Shown in pieces: positions 14,105-28,300 of a DNA stretch of 64,000 bases. The position numbers and the translations under genes are program-made. Numbering within the stretch: position 1 is the stretch's first letter; every line of letters starts with the position of its first letter. The stretch is from Squalus acanthias (Eukaryota): positions 118,670,001 through 118,734,000 of the forward strand of contig CM059431.1 in the NCBI GenBank assembly GCA_030390025.1, given 5' to 3'. The notes below the pieces were generated by a model. That model was given only the letters and a program-made list of their open reading frames with translations. It was not told the DNA's origin and searched no databases.

Positions 14105-14418
14105 TGAAAAGAAAAGAATGACTTGTATTTATAAAGCACCTTTCATGACCTCAGAACGTCCCAAAGCGCTTTACAGTCAATTATGTACTTTTGAAGTGTA
14201 GTCACTGCGGTAATGTAGGAAACGCGGCAGCGTTGAGAGAGCAGATGGGGCCTCGGTTTAACATCTCATCCAAAAGACTGCAGCTCCAACAGTGCAGCAC
14301 TCCCTCAGTATTGCACTGGAGTGTCAGCCTAGATTTTTTTGCTCAAGTCTCTGGAGTGGGACTTTGAACACACAACCTTCTGACTCAGAGGCGAGAGTGC
14401 TACCAACTGAGCCACGGC
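14105..14418 (-). mobile_element. tRNA-derived Deu-domain SINE (SacSINE1-like), internally deleted
   Basis: tRNA-like head (GTGGCTCAGTTGGTAGC...GTTCAAA), GGATGAGATGTTAAACCGAGG core, L2-like tail. Confidence 0.75.
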
Positions 14419-14842
14419 ATCACCCTCAGGGCTGGGATTCAGTGCCGGAAGCACTTTAACGACCTGACCAGAACAGCAGAGGTCTTTCTATTTCCCCTTT
14501 CTCTGCATTGCATCTGGCCACAGCACTTCCCCTCCCTCAGCACTCTGAACACTTCCCTCCCATGCACCAATCAAAAGTGGACACTCTACTAAATCTCCTT
14601 CTCATTTAAAGTGCACATTCACCTGTTGCTTGCTGTCTTCACAACAGGCACTAACAGTAATCTGTAATAACCTGATAGCAATTGCTAATCATTGGCCTCC
14701 TCTACTGACTGTGTTCTCATTTCACATTCCTGCCGCTTTCAAATGACCACCTCCTCATGCTGCTCGCAACTGTTTCTCACTCTCAGCATGCACACTATAT
14801 GAAGAATCCCCTCACATCTGCATATAATCTGTCAACACTCAC

Positions 14843-17455
14843 AACATAAGAACATAAGAAATAGGAGCAGGAGTAGGCCATTCGGCCCTTCGAGCCTGCT
14901 CCGCCATTCAATGAGATCATGGCTGATCTTCTGCCTCAACTCCATTCACCGGCCCTATCGCCATATCCCTTGATGCCCTTACTAGTCAGAAATCTATCGA
15001 CTTCTGTTTTGAATATACCCAAAGACTGAGCCTCCACAGCCCTCTGGGGTAGAGAATTCCAAAGATTCACCACCCTGTGTGTGAAGAAATTTCTTCTCAT
15101 CTCAGTCCTGAATGGCCTACCCTTTATCCTGAGGCTGTGGCCCCTGGTTCTAGATACCCCAGCCAAGGGAAACATTCTCCCAGCATCCACCCTATCAAGC
15201 CCTGTAATAATTTTGTATGCTTCAATGAGATCCCCTCTCATTCTTTTGAATTCAAGAGAATACAGGCCTAGTTTACTCAATCTCTTCTCATACGACAGTC
15301 CCGCCATCCCAGGAATCAATCTCATGAACCTTCGTTGCACTCCTTCTATGGCAACTATATCCTTCCTTAGGTAAGGAGACCAAAATTGTACACAGTACTC
15401 CAGGTGTGGTCTCACCAAGGCCCTATATAATTGGAGTAAGATTTCTTTACTCCTGTACTCAAATCCTCTTGTAATGAAGGCCAGCATAACATTTGCCTTC
15501 CTAATGGCTTGCTGCACCTGCACATTCACTTTCAGTGACTCGTGTACAAAGACACCCAGGTCCCTTTGAGCATCTGCATTCCCCAATCTTTCACCATTTA
15601 GGAAATACTCTGCCTTTCTGTTTTTTCTACCAATGTGGATAACTTCACATTTATCCACATTATATTCCATCTGCCATGTTCTCGCCCACTCACTGAGCCT
15701 GTCGAGATCCCCTTGAAGCCTCTTCACATCCTCTTCACAACTGACACTGCCACCTAGCTTTGTATCATCAGCAAATTTGGAAATGTTACATTTAGTCCCC
15801 TCATCCAAATCATTGATATAGATTGTGAATAGCTGGGGCCCAAGCACCGATCCTTGCGGTACCCCACTAGTCACAGCTTGCCATCCTGAAAAAGACCCGT
15901 TTATTCCTACTCTTTGTTTTCTGTCTGTTAACCAATTCTCAATCCACGCTAGTATATTACCCCCAATTCCATGTGCCCTAATTTTGTTCACCAACCTCTT
16001 GTGTAGGACCTTATCGAAGGCCTTCCGAAAATCCAGATACACCACATCTACCGGTTCCCCTTTGTCTACCCCACTAGTTACATCCTCAAAGAACTCCAAT
16101 AGGTTTGTCAAACAGGATTTCCCTTTCATAAATCCATGTTGACTCTGCCCAATCTTACTATTAGTTTCTAAGTGCCCAGTTATTGCATCCTTTATAATAA
16201 ATTCCAGCATTTTCCCAATTACTGATGTGAGGTCTGTAGTTCCCCGTTTTCTCTCTCCCTCTTTTCTTAAATAGCGAGGTTGTATTTGCTATCTTCCAAT
16301 CTGCAGGAACCGTTCCAGAATCTATAGAATTTTGGAAGATGACAACCAATGCGTCCACTATCCCAATGGCCACCTCTTTCAAAACCCTAGGATGTAGGTC
16401 ATCCGGTCCTTGGGATTTATTGACTTTTAGTCCCATTAATTTTGCTAGTACTGTTTTTTTACTATTAATAATTTCTTTACGTTCCTCATTCTCGCCACAA
16501 CCTTGGTTTTCTCGTATTTCTGGGAGGTTTTTTGTGTTTTCCACCGTGAAGACAGAAACAAAGTATTTATTTAATTCCTCAGCCATTTCCTCATTCCCCA
16601 TTATAAATTCTCCCGTCTCTGAGTGTAAAGGACCTACATTTACCTTTGCCAGTCCTTTCCTTTTCACATACCTATAGAAGCTTTTACAATCCGTTTTAAT
16701 ACTTTTCGCTAGTTTGTGCTCATATTCCATTTTCCCTTTCTTTATCAATTTCTTGGTCCCCCTTTGCTGATTTCTAAAATGATCCCAATCCTCAGGCTGA
16801 CCGCTTTTTCTGGCAACTTTATAAGCTTCCTCCTTTGACTTAATACTAGCTTTAATTTCTTTTGTTAGCCATGGTTGGATCACTTTTCCTTTTGGGTTTT
16901 TATGCCCTAGAGGAATATATGTTTGTTGCAAATTATGCATTATTTCCTTGAATGTTAGCCATTGTATGTCCACCTTCATACCTTTTAGTGTAGTCTCCCA
17001 ATCTATCATGGCCAATTTGTCCCTCATACCCTTGTAGTTTCCTCTGTTTAGATTCAGATTGGACTACATCACTCTCAAACTTAATGTAAAATTCAATCAT
17101 ATTATGCTCACTTGTCCCTAAAGGCCCCTTTACCACAAGATTATTGATTAGCCCTTTCTCATTACACAGTACCAGATCCAGAATAGCCTGCCCCTGGTTG
17201 GTTCCTCCACATACTGATCCAGAAAACCATCTCGCATGCATTCCAAGAATTCGTCCTCCAATCCATTAGTGGTAATTTGATTTGCCCAGTCAATATGTAG
17301 ATTAAAGTCCCCCATGATTACCGTATTGCCCTTGTTGCATGCACTTCTAATTTCTTGATTGATACTGTGCCCTACATTACCACTACTGTTTGGTGGCCTA
17401 TACACAACTCCCACTAATGTTTTCCGCTGTTTCTTAGCTCCACCCAAACTGATTT
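14843..17455 (-). mobile_element. CR1 LINE, 5'-truncated, ORF2 frameshifted
   Basis: APE (GVVYRPP, GDFN) and RT (GVPQGSVLGP, FADD) in ORFs 17148..17447, 16161..17027, 14936..16210; (CTTATGTT)n tail. Confidence 0.95.
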
Positions 17456-17457
17456 CA

Positions 17458-17810
17458 ACAACAACAACTTGTATTTATATAGTGCCTTTAATGTAGTAAA
17501 ACGTCCCAAGGCACTTCACAGAAACATTATCAAGCAAAATTTGACACCAAACCACATAAGGAGCTATTAGGGCAGATGACCAAAAGCTTGATCAAAGAGG
17601 TAGGTTTTAAGGAGTGTCTTAAAGGAGGGAAGAGAGGTAAAGAGGCAGAAAGGTTTAGGGAGGGAATTCCAGAAGCTTAGGGCATTGGCAGCTGAAGGCA
17701 CAGCAGCCAATGGTGGAGTGATTAAAATCGGGGATGTTCAAGAGCCAGAATTGGAGGAGCGCAGATATCTCGAGGGGTTGTAGGGCTGGAGGAGATTACA
17801 GAGATAGGGA
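17458..17810 (-). mobile_element. L2-clade LINE 3' fragment
   Basis: Reverse-complement similarity to 10850-11190; (CAA)n tail. Confidence 0.75.
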
Positions 17811-18123
17811 TACTGATGTAGTGGAAAGTGGAATTTTCTTGACCAGATTCCCTAGCAGCGAATCTTCCGACACCTAATGCAACACATCACATAATAATGT
17901 ACTGGTGAATACATAGTAAAGGAGGCAGTGGGAGCACGATGCATGACCTCCTTAAGATAGATCTGCTCAGGATTGATGCAAAGAACTACTGACCAGAAAA
18001 TTAGTATTTAGCTTGTTAACAGGCACAGTGCGGCATAGTTTATTGCTTTCTTTGTTACCAGGAGTACAGAATTATGTCAAATTTTGGTGCCAAACTCTCT
18101 TTTCCCCAAAAGTTATTGATTAC

Positions 18124-18192
18124 CTCTTTGAACTTGAAGACTTGGAATACTGCCTGTTGGGGAATCCACATTTAGATACTTCAATCTGATAC
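18124..18192 (-). pseudogene. Candidate exon of the decayed host gene
   Basis: AG/GTAAT boundaries, 69 nt, open in two frames. Confidence 0.4.
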
Positions 18193-18469
18193 CTTTAGAA
18201 TTACATTATCTGTATTTAAGAGCTTTATTGGGCATCTGTATTCATTATGGATGAAGCTTCACTTAGATTTACTGCTTATGTCGAATATTAAGAACAAAAG
18301 GACATAAGTAACAGGTGCAGGAGTAGGCCATTCGGCTCTTCGACCCTGCTCCGCCATTCAATAAGAGCGTGGCTGATCTTCAACCTCAACTCCACCTTCC
18401 TGTACTATTGTCATATCCCTTGATTCCCTTAATATCCAAAAATCTATCAATCTCTGTCTTGAATATCCC

Positions 18470-20128
18470 CGCGTCGGAGACTTTTACTGCCTCCCAAAGA
18501 TACACAAAGCCAACACACCCGGACGTCCTATCGTATCAGGCAACGGAACCCTGTGTGAGAACCTCTCTGGGTACGTCGAGGGCATCCTGAAATCCATCGT
18601 ACAGGGAACCCCCAGCTTCTGTCACGACACTACAGACTTCTTGCAGAAACTCAGCACCCATGGACCAGTTGAACCAGGAACACTCCTCGCCACGATGGAC
18701 GTATCGGCACTCTACACCAATATCCCCCACGATGACGGCATCGCTGCGACAGCCTCAGTACTCAACACCAACAACAGCCAATCTCCAGACGCCATCCTAC
18801 AACTCATCCGCTTCATCCTTGACCACAATGTCTTCACCTTCGACAACCAGTTTTTTACCCAAACACACGGAACAGCCATGGGGACCAAATTCGCACCCCA
18901 CTAACCCACGGACAACCTCACGATGCTCCACTTCTCCAGCTTCCACCCTAACCACGTTAAAGAAGCCATCCCCTATGGACAAGCCCTGCGAATACACAGG
19001 ATCTGCTCAGACGAGGAGGAACACGATGGACACCTACGGACACTGAAAGACGCCCTCGTAAGAACGGGATATGATGCTCGACTCGTTGATCAACAGTTCG
19101 ACGGGCCACAGCGAAAAACCGCATAGACCTCCTCAGAAGGCGAACATGGGACACAACTAACAGAGTACCCTACGTCGTCCAGTACTTCCCCGGAGCGGAG
19201 AAACTACGCCATGTTCTTCGCAGCCTTCAACATGTCATCGATGACGACGAACACCTTGCTAAGGCCATCCCCACGCCTCCACTACTCGCCTTCAAGCAGC
19301 CGCCTAACCTCAAAAGTACCATCGTTCGCAGCAAATTACCCAGCTGTCAGGAGAACAGCGACCATCACACCACACAACCCTGCCACGGCAACCTCTGCAA
19401 GACATGCCAGATCATCAACACAGATACCATCATCACACGTGAGGACACTACCCACCAGGTACATGGTACATACTCATGTGACTCGGCCAACGTTGTCTAC
19501 CTGATACATTGCAGGAAAGGATGCCCCAGAGCATGGTACATCGGCGAGACCATGCAGACACTGAGACAACGTATGAACGGGCACCGCGCAACAATCGCCA
19601 GGCAGGATTGTTACCTCCCAGTCGGGGAACACTTCAGCAGTCAAGGACATTCAGCATCGGATCTGCGGGTTAGCGTTCTCCAGGGTGGCCTTCGAGACAC
19701 ACGACAACGCAAAATCATCGAGCAGAAACTGATAGCCATGTTCCGCACCCATGAGGACGGCCTCAATAGGGATATGGGGTTCATGTCACGCTACAGAACG
19801 TGACTCGACATCGTTGTCTGTCTTTCCAGTTTTTAAAAAGAAAAACACACACCAAAAAAAAAAGTTAAAAGCTCAACTGCAGACAGCAGGATTTAACACG
19901 TTGGACCCCCTGTAACCCATCTCATTGTCTTGGCTGTGCTCTGGTGTGCCTTTGATGTAATGCCTCCCTGAAAGATTGTATCTCTGCAGACAAATTGCTT
20001 TCGGTGTTTATATACTGTGATATATTATAGATTCCCTCATTGTAACTCTACCTGACGAAGGGGCAACAGCTCCGAAAGCTTGTAATTTTAAATAAATCTG
20101 TTGGACTATAACCTGGTGTTGTGTGACT
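18470..20128 (+). mobile_element. Penelope-like element (RT + GIY-YIG), 5'-truncated, internally deleted
   Basis: MDVSALYTNIPH and GTAMGTKFAP (RT); NVVYLIHC..WYIGETMQTLRQRMNGHR (GIY-YIG); AATAAA near 20093. Confidence 0.93.
20049..20084 (+). ncRNA. Minimal type I hammerhead ribozyme motif
   Basis: TAC-CTGACGA-A-GGGGC(AACA)GCTCC-GAAA-GC-TT-GTA; palindromic AAGCTT at stem III. Confidence 0.75.
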
Positions 20129-20649
20129 TCTCATTTTTGAATATACTCAATGACTGTGCATCCACAACCCTCTGGAGTAGAGAATGCCAAAGATTCACAG
20201 CCCTTTGAGTGAAGAAATTTCTCCTCATCTCAGTACTAAATGGCCGACCCCTTATTCTGAGATTGTGAACTCTAGTTCTAGACTCCCCAGCCAGGGGAAA
20301 TATCCTCCCAGCATCTACCCTATCAAGCCCTGTAAAACATTTTGTGTGTTTCAATGAGATCACCTCTCATTCTTTTAAACTCTAGGGAATATAGGCCTAG
20401 TTGACTCAATCTCTCCTCATTGGACAATCTTTCCATCCCAAGAATCAGTCTATTATTTCTTTACTAATACTAATTTCTTTAAGTTCCGCATTCACACTAG
20501 ACCCTTGGTTCCCCACTATTTCCAGAATATTTTTTGTGTCTTCGTCCATGAAAATAGATACAAAGAGATGCACTGACATCAAAGGCAATTTTCTGCACTT
20601 ATATCCTATTTGCTTCTGCTTGAAATCAAAAGAATTGCTTCGGGACAAT

Positions 20650-21903
20650 TCGTAGCAGCCACCCTTGAGCTTGATGTGGTGACTGGAAGAGTGCTGGCAC
20701 ACTGGTCTGGCACAGGATGAAGGCATCATGGCTGCTGCCAGGATAACGGGCATTGACATTGAGGATTCGCTGTCTGTGATCGCATACCAACTGCACATTA
20801 AGTGAGTGGCGGCCTTTGTGGTTACGGAAGATTTCAGGATTGTTATGTGGTGCCCGCAAAGCCACATGATTACAGTCGATGGTGCTCTACTCCATGGATA
20901 AGCCCGTTATCCTGGCAAAGCCACATGCACACTTGTCCTACTTCTCTCTGCTGATCGGGAAGCCAATGTAGTCCCTTCTCCTGGAGTAGAGAGCCTCAGT
21001 GACCTTCCGGATGCAGTGATGGATGGCGAACTCTAAGATGTTAGCTGTGTCTCCTGCTGCAGACTGGAACAATCCGCTGGTGAAGAAATTGAGGGCCACG
21101 GTGATCTTGACTGCCACTGGGAGAGTTGTGGTCATCCTGGTCTGAGGCTGGAGGTCTGGTTGCAGGAGGTGGCAGAATTCTGTGACCACCTCCTTGGTGA
21201 AGCGAAGCCTCCTAATACACAAATTCTCGCTTAATTGAAGGTAGGAGAAGTGATGTCGGAAGACCCTAGGAGGGTAAGGCCTCCTGTTGAGAGCCCTGAT
21301 GGCCTTCCTCCTCCCTCTGCGCACATGTTCCCATCATCTCGCGGCCTCTGTTCCCTCCGCCGTAGATCCTGGAGGGCAAGGTCGACTGCCAGTACAGCCC
21401 CCATGACTTTTAGCGAGTGTTGTAGTTTGAAGCGTCTCAAAAATAATGAGGGAGTTTTTTACTTGCCAGAGCAATCCCTGATACCGAATAACCTTGAAAT
21501 AACTAAAGAATACTCTTGCAGTTGCAGGAAGTAGGACACAGTCACTCAAATGACAAAACCCTGTCAGGTGTGAGTGATTGGTGATCCCTTTAAATGGCGT
21601 CGCTGGAGCTGGCTTCCTGTTGCTGCACACCACCTCAACTGTCGTCGTTTTCTCCAGCCGGTAAGTTCAATGGTCAAAATGAAGTTGGGAGATTGGGCGT
21701 CAAGTGAGCATTGCACACTCACTGACGTCAGGATCTCCGTTATTGCGATGTCCCCAGCGATCGAGATTAGCGGCAGCTACCGGCAAGACGGATATGGCGT
21801 GCGCCGCTGGAACCGCCATCAGCTGGCGGTAGAGCGCTGAATGGAGTTTTAGCGCAATTTCATGCCGCCAACATGTGCCGCTAAACACACGAATTTCTCC
21901 CCC
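20650..21903 (-). mobile_element. Harbinger fragment: transposase 5' two-thirds plus right TIR
   Basis: ORFs 20938..21324 and 20626..20865 (SLNVQLVCD, YPGSSHDAFIL); ATG at 21404; terminus GAATTTCTCCCCC. Confidence 0.88.
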
Positions 21904-21922
21904 AAAGTCTTTTTTCCGTTAC

Positions 21923-22216
21923 CTTCTGTGCTCCATGCATAAATTGTCTGAGGTAGATTGTCCTGTTCCTGTGTATTTTTTTGTGTAGACATGACAACTC
22001 GAGGAAAATTGGGCTGGCTCCCTTGCAGCATGTAATTCTCCCCACCTGATAGCCACTATGAGCTTCACCCAGATAATCTAGGCACAGGAGCAGCAGCCTA
22101 TATCTAGGCTGAATCAAATCTCTCTGGGCAATCTGAATGGCCATCCTTGGGTGACTTACAAGTCACAGCGATACGCTTGGGTGTAAAAGAAGAGGAACTG
22201 ACATATCTGAAGAGCT
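21923..22216 (-). pseudogene. Exon of the decayed host gene (294 nt)
   Basis: TTTATTTTATATGTAG acceptor, AAG|GTAAC donor, length divisible by 3, several in-frame stops. Confidence 0.55.
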
Positions 22217-23988
22217 CTACATATAAAATAAACAATTCAGATTGCTTTACAAGGAAGAAATGGACACTGAACTGGAAAGGAGGAATTTAGAAGGAAGGAG
22301 TAGAGGCCAAAGGCAGGGCCGAAGAGATGGGTTTCGTAGGAGGCTTTTGAAAGCAGAGGAAAGAAGTGAAGCAAAGTGGCTTTCGGAGAGAATTCCAGAG
22401 AGGTGGGGTACTGAAGCAACCATCAGTTCCTATTGATGGAGCAGAAGTTTACTAGTTAGAATCAGTGTCAGCCTTGGCTAAGTGGTAGCATTCTGACTTC
22501 TGAGTCAGAAGGTTATGGGTTCAAACAATCTAGGCTGACACTTGAGTGCAGTACTGAGGGATTGCTGCAAAGTTGGAGGTGCCATCTTTCGTATGAGACG
22601 TTAAACCAAGGTCCAATCTGCTCTCTCGGGTGGACATTAAAGATCCCATGGTACTATTTGAAGAATAGCAGGGTAGTTAGGAACATAGGAACAGGAGTAG
22701 GCCATTTAGCCCCTTGAGTCTGTTCTGCCATTCAATGAGACCCTGGCTGATCTGTGACCTAACTCCATATACCCGCCTTTGCCCATCAATCTCAGATTTA
22801 AAATTAAGAATTGACCTAGCATCAATTGCCATTTGCGGAAGAGAGTTCCAAACTTCTACAACCCTTTGTGTGTAGAAGTATTTACTACCTTCACTCCTGA
22901 AACGTCTAGCTCCAATTTTTAAACTATGCCCCCTCGTCCTAGACTCCCCAACCAGCGGACATAGTTTCTCTCCATCTACCCTATCAATGCCCCTTAATAT
23001 CTTGAAAACTTTGAACAAATCACCCCTTAACCTTCTAAATTCCAGGGTATACAACCTTAGTTTATGTAATCGCTCCTCCAAATTTAACTCCTGGAGTCCA
23101 GGTATCATTCTGGTTAACCTACGCTGCATTCCCTCCAAGGCCCATGTATCCTTCCTACGGTGTGGTGCCCAGAACTGCCCAATGTACTCCAGGTGTGGTC
23201 TAACCAGGGCTTTGTATAGCTGCAGCATAACTTCTACCCCTTTGTATTTTAGCCCTCTAGCTATAAAGGCCAGCATTCCATTAGCCTTTTTGATTATTTC
23301 TGTACCTGTTCATGACATTTTATTGATCTATGTGCATGGACCCCCAAGTCTCTTTGGACCTCCACTGTTTCTAACTTTTCACCATTTAGAAAGTACTCTG
23401 TTCTATGCTTTTTAGGTCCAAAGTGGATGAACGCACATTTGCCTACATTGAAATCTATTTGCCACAGTTTTGCCCATTTGCTTAGTCTATCAATATCTCT
23501 TTGCAATTTCATGCTTCTATCTACACTGCTTACAATGCTGCCTATCTTTGTGTCATTGGCAAACTTGGATATGTGGCTTTCTATCCCATCATCTAAGTCG
23601 TTAATAAATAAGGTTAATATTTGAGGCCCTAACACAGATCTTTGCAGGACACCACTAATCACATCCTGCAAATTAGAGTATCTATCCTTTGTCCCTACTC
23701 TCTGTCTCCTGCCACTCAGCCAATTTCCTAACCAGGTCAATAATTTGCCTTCAATTCCATGAGCTTCAACTTTAGCTAACAGTCTCTTATGAGGATCTTT
23801 ATCAAATGCCTCCTGGAAGTCCATATAAATAACATCCATAGACATTCCCCTGTCCACTATTTTAGTCACCACCTCAAAAAATTCTATCTGGTTCATCAGG
23901 CTCGATCTACCCTTTACACAACCACGCTGGCTCTCTTTGATAAGCTGAACATTTTCTAGGTGTTCAGTCAGTCTATCCTTAATTATAG

Positions 23989-24306
23989 GGGGAAAAAATC
24001 ATGTTCACCGGCAACTGCAGTTAACAGCCGCTGGAAATGGCTGCAACGCAAACCGAGTGAAATTGATCTGGGGGGGGCATGGAGATAGGTGGCGCAGCGC
24101 TCACCTTCCATGCAACACTGTCCTGGTGGCGTTGCTGGAGGAATCCGGGAGGAAGTTCCTGTCCAGGTACCGGCAGTGCAAACAGGGACACGAATATGGC
24201 GCCGGCCGCAGGATCTGTCACCAGCTGGCGGAAGAGCCACCGCCACCATTTTATCGCCAGTTTATGGCGCTACGGAGTGACGCTCAGCAGATAAATTTCT
24301 AGCCAG
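23989..24306. mobile_element. Harbinger-type MITE inside CR1
   Basis: GGGGAAAAAAT...AATTTCTAGCC termini, TSD TAG. Confidence 0.7.
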
Positions 24307-24582
24307 TAGACTACTAATTTCCCGGCAACTGATGTTTGCCTAACTGGTCTATAATTCCTTGGTTTCCCTCTCTCACCTTTCTTAAATAGTGGAGTGACAT
24401 GCACAATTTTCCAATCTAAAGGAATGGTTCCTGAATGGAGAGAACTTTGGAAGATTATAGTTAGGTCATCTGCAATGTTGTCAACTACTTCCTTTAAAAC
24501 CCTGGGATGGAAAGAATCTGGCCCTGGGATTTGTCACTCTTTAGTGCCATTATTTCCTTCATTAGTTATTTTACTTATGTTC

Positions 24583-25325
24583 AGAACATAAGAACATAAG
24601 AAGTAAGAGCAGGAGTAGGCCATATGGCCCCTCGAGCCAGCTGATCATTGACCTCAACTCCACTTTCCCGCCCGATCTCCATATCCCTTGATTCCCCTAG
24701 AGTCCAAAAATCTATCTATCTCAGCCTTGAATATACCCAAAGACTCAGCATTCACAGCCCTCTGGGGCAGAGAATTCCAAAGATTCACAACCCTCTGAGT
24801 GAAGAAATTCTTCCTCATCTCAGTCTTAAATGGCCGACCCCTTATCCTGAGACTATGCCCCCTAGTTCTAGACACTCCAGCCAGGGAAAACAACCTGTCA
24901 GCATCTACCCTGTCAATCCCCTTCAGAATCGTGTATGTTTCAATGAGATCACCTCTCATTCTTCTAAACTCCAGAGAGTATAGGCCCATTCTACACAATC
25001 TCTCATCATAGGACAGCCCTCTCATCCCAGGAATCAATCTAGTGAACCTTTGTTGCACCGCCTCCAAGGCAAGTATATCCTTCCTTAGATAAGGAGACCA
25101 AAACTGTGCACAGTACTACAGTTGTGGTCTCACCAAGGCCCTGTACAATTGTAGCAAGTCTTCCTTACTCTTATACTCCAACTCCCTTGCAATAAAGGCC
25201 AACATGCCATTTGCCTTCCTTATTGCTTGCTGTACCTGCATGCTAGCTTTCTGTGTTTCTTGCACGAGGACACCCAAATCTCTCTGAACACCAACATTTG
25301 AAAGTTTCTCACCACTTAAAAAATA
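24583..25325 (-). mobile_element. CR1 3' fragment
   Basis: ORF 24654..25067; (CTTATGTT)n tail. Confidence 0.9.
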
Positions 25326-25391
25326 AAATATTGGTGAGTCCCCGTCCCTGATTAAATATTAGCTTCCTTGGAATGTCCGAGATGCTAGCCT

Positions 25392-28300
25392 ACATAACAT
25401 AAGAAATAGGAGCAGGAGTAGGCCAATCGGCCCCTCGAGCCTGCTCCGCCATTCAATAAGATCATGGCTGATCTGATCCTAACCGCCAATCTACTATCTA
25501 TCACAGAACCATCTCCTGCATCTAACAGAATTGCCCACACAAAATAGGAGCAGAATCAGGCTACACAGTCCCTGGGCCCGCTCCACTACCCACAGGGCCA
25601 TGACCGATCCGAACCTAGACTCATGTCCAAATTCCTGCCCGCTCCCCGTAACCCTTAATGCCCTTTACTTCTAGGAAACTGTCTATTTCTGTTTTAAATT
25701 TAATTAATGTTGTAGCTTCTACAGCTTTTTGTGGCAGCATATTCCATGGACCTACCACCCTCTGAGTGAAGTAGTTCCTCCTCATCTCAGTTTTGAAAGA
25801 GCAGCCCCTTATTCTAAGACTATGTCCCCTAGTTCTCGTCTCACCCGTCATCGGGAACATCCTCCCCGCATCCACCCGATCCAACCCCTTCACAATCTTA
25901 TATGTTTCAATAAGATCGCCTCTCATTCTTCTGAACTCCAATGAGTAGAGTCCCAATCTACCCAACCTCTCCTCATATGACCACCCCCTCATCCCCGGGA
26001 TTAACCGAGTGAACCTTTTTTGCACTGCCTCGAGAGCAAGGATGTCTTTCCTTAAGTAAGGACACCAAAACTGTATGCAGTATTCCAGGTGCGGTCTCAC
26101 CAATACCTTGTACAACTGAAGCAATACCTCCCTATTTTTATATTCTATCCCCCTAGCAATGAAAGCCAACATTCCATTTGCCTTCTTAATCACTTGCTGC
26201 ACCTGCATACTAACCTTTTGAGTTTCGTGCACCAGGACCCCCAGATCCCTTTGCACTTCAGTACTCTCCAGTTTCTTGCCATTAAGATAATAAATTGCTC
26301 TAGGATTTTTCCTGCCAAAGTGCATCACCTCACACTTTCCAGTGTTGTATTCCATCTGCCAAATCTCTGCCCACTTACTTAGCCTGTCTATGTCCCCTTG
26401 CAGGTTTTTTATGTCCTCCTCACTCACTACTTTCCCTCCCATCTTTGTATCATCTGCAAATTTTGATATGTTACACTTGGTCCCTTCCTCCAAATCGTTA
26501 ATATAGATTGTGAAGAGTTGGGGACCCAGCACTGACCCCTGTGGAACACCACTAGTTACTGATTGCCAGCCTGAGAATGAACCATTTATCCCAACTCTTT
26601 GCTTTCTGTTAGATAGCCAATCCTCTATCCATGCCAGAATATTACCCCCAATCCCGTGATTTTTTACCTTAAGCAATAATCTTTTGTGTGGCACCTTGTC
26701 AAATGCCTTTTGGAAGTCTAAATACACTACGTCCACTGGTTCCCCTTTATCCACTCTATATGTTACTTCCTCAAAGAACTCCAGCAAATTTGTCAAACAT
26801 GACTTCCCCTTCGTAAAACCATGCTGACTTTGTCCTATTAAATTATGATTATCCAAATGTCCTGTTACTGTTTCCTTAATAATGGACTCCAAAATTTTAC
26901 CTACCACAGATGTTAGGCTAACCGGTCTATAGTTACCAGCCTTCTGTCTACTGCCCTTTTTAAATAAGGGTGTTACATTAGCAGTTTTCCAGTCTGCCGG
27001 GACCTTAGCGGAATCCAGGGAGTTTTGAAAAATTATTACCAATGCATCTACAATCCCTACCGCCACTTCCTTCAAGACTCTAGGATGTAAGCCATCAGAT
27101 CCAGGTGATTTATTCGCCTTGAGTCCCATTATTTTACCGAGTACCACTTCCTTAGTGATTTTGATCGTGTTTAGCTCCTCTCCCCCTATAGCCCCCTGTT
27201 TGTCCAGTGTTGGGATATTCTTAGTGTCCTCTACTGTAAAGACTGATACAAAATATTCATTCAGTGTTTTTGCCATCTCCATATTTCCCACCATTAATTT
27301 CCCGGTCTCATCCTCTAAGGGACCAACATTTACTTTAGCCACCCTTTTTCTTTTTATATAACTATAAAAACTCTTACTATCTGTTTTTATATTTTTTGCT
27401 AATTTACTTTCATAATCTATCTTCCCTTTCTTAATCAATCTTTTTGTTATTTTTTGCTGCCTTTTAAAGTTTTCCCAAAAGTCTGTCCTCCCACTAGATT
27501 TCGCTACCTTATATGCCCTTGTTTTTAGTCGAATACTATCCTTAATTTCTTTACTTAGCCACGGATGACTGTCCTTTCTTTTACACCCTTTTCTTTTCAG
27601 TGGAATATATATTTTTTGGAAGTTGTAAAATAACTCCTTGAATGTACACCACTGATCATGTGTCATCTTACCCTTTAATCTATTTTCCCAATCCACTCTA
27701 CTCAATTCCGCTCGCATACCTTCATAGTCTCCTTTATTCAAGCTTAGCACGCTTGTTTGAGATCCAACCTTCTCATCCTCTAATTGAATATGGAATTCAA
27801 CCATGTTATGGTCACTCATTCCAAGGGGATCCTTTACTAGGACATTTTTAATTAATCCTGTCTCATTACACAGGACCAGATCTAAGGTTGCTTGCCCCCT
27901 GGTCGGTTCAGTTACATACTGCTCAAGAAACCCATCCCTAATACACTCAATGAACTCATCCTCAAGGCAGTCCTGCCCCATTTGATTTGTCCAATTAATA
28001 TGATAGTTAAAATCCCCCATAATTATAGATGTTCCCTTATTACATGCCTCAACTATTTCCTGATTGATACTCCGTCCAATAGAGTTGCAACTGTTCGGAG
28101 GCCTATAGACTACGCCCACTAATGTTTTTTTCCCCTTATTATTCCTTATCTCCACCCAAACTGTTTCATTATCATGATTTTTTGACCCAATATCATTACT
28201 CTGTATTACAGTGATTCCTTCCTTTATTCCTTTATTAACATAGCCACCCCACCTCCCCTTCCTTCCTGCCTGTCCTTCCTGATCGTTAAATAACCTGGTA

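Larger units (their letters stand above)
18290..20560 (-). mobile_element. CR1 3' fragment(s) split by a Penelope insertion
   Basis: CR1 tail at 18290-18466 resumes at ~20130 (TTGAATAT on both sides). Confidence 0.75.
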
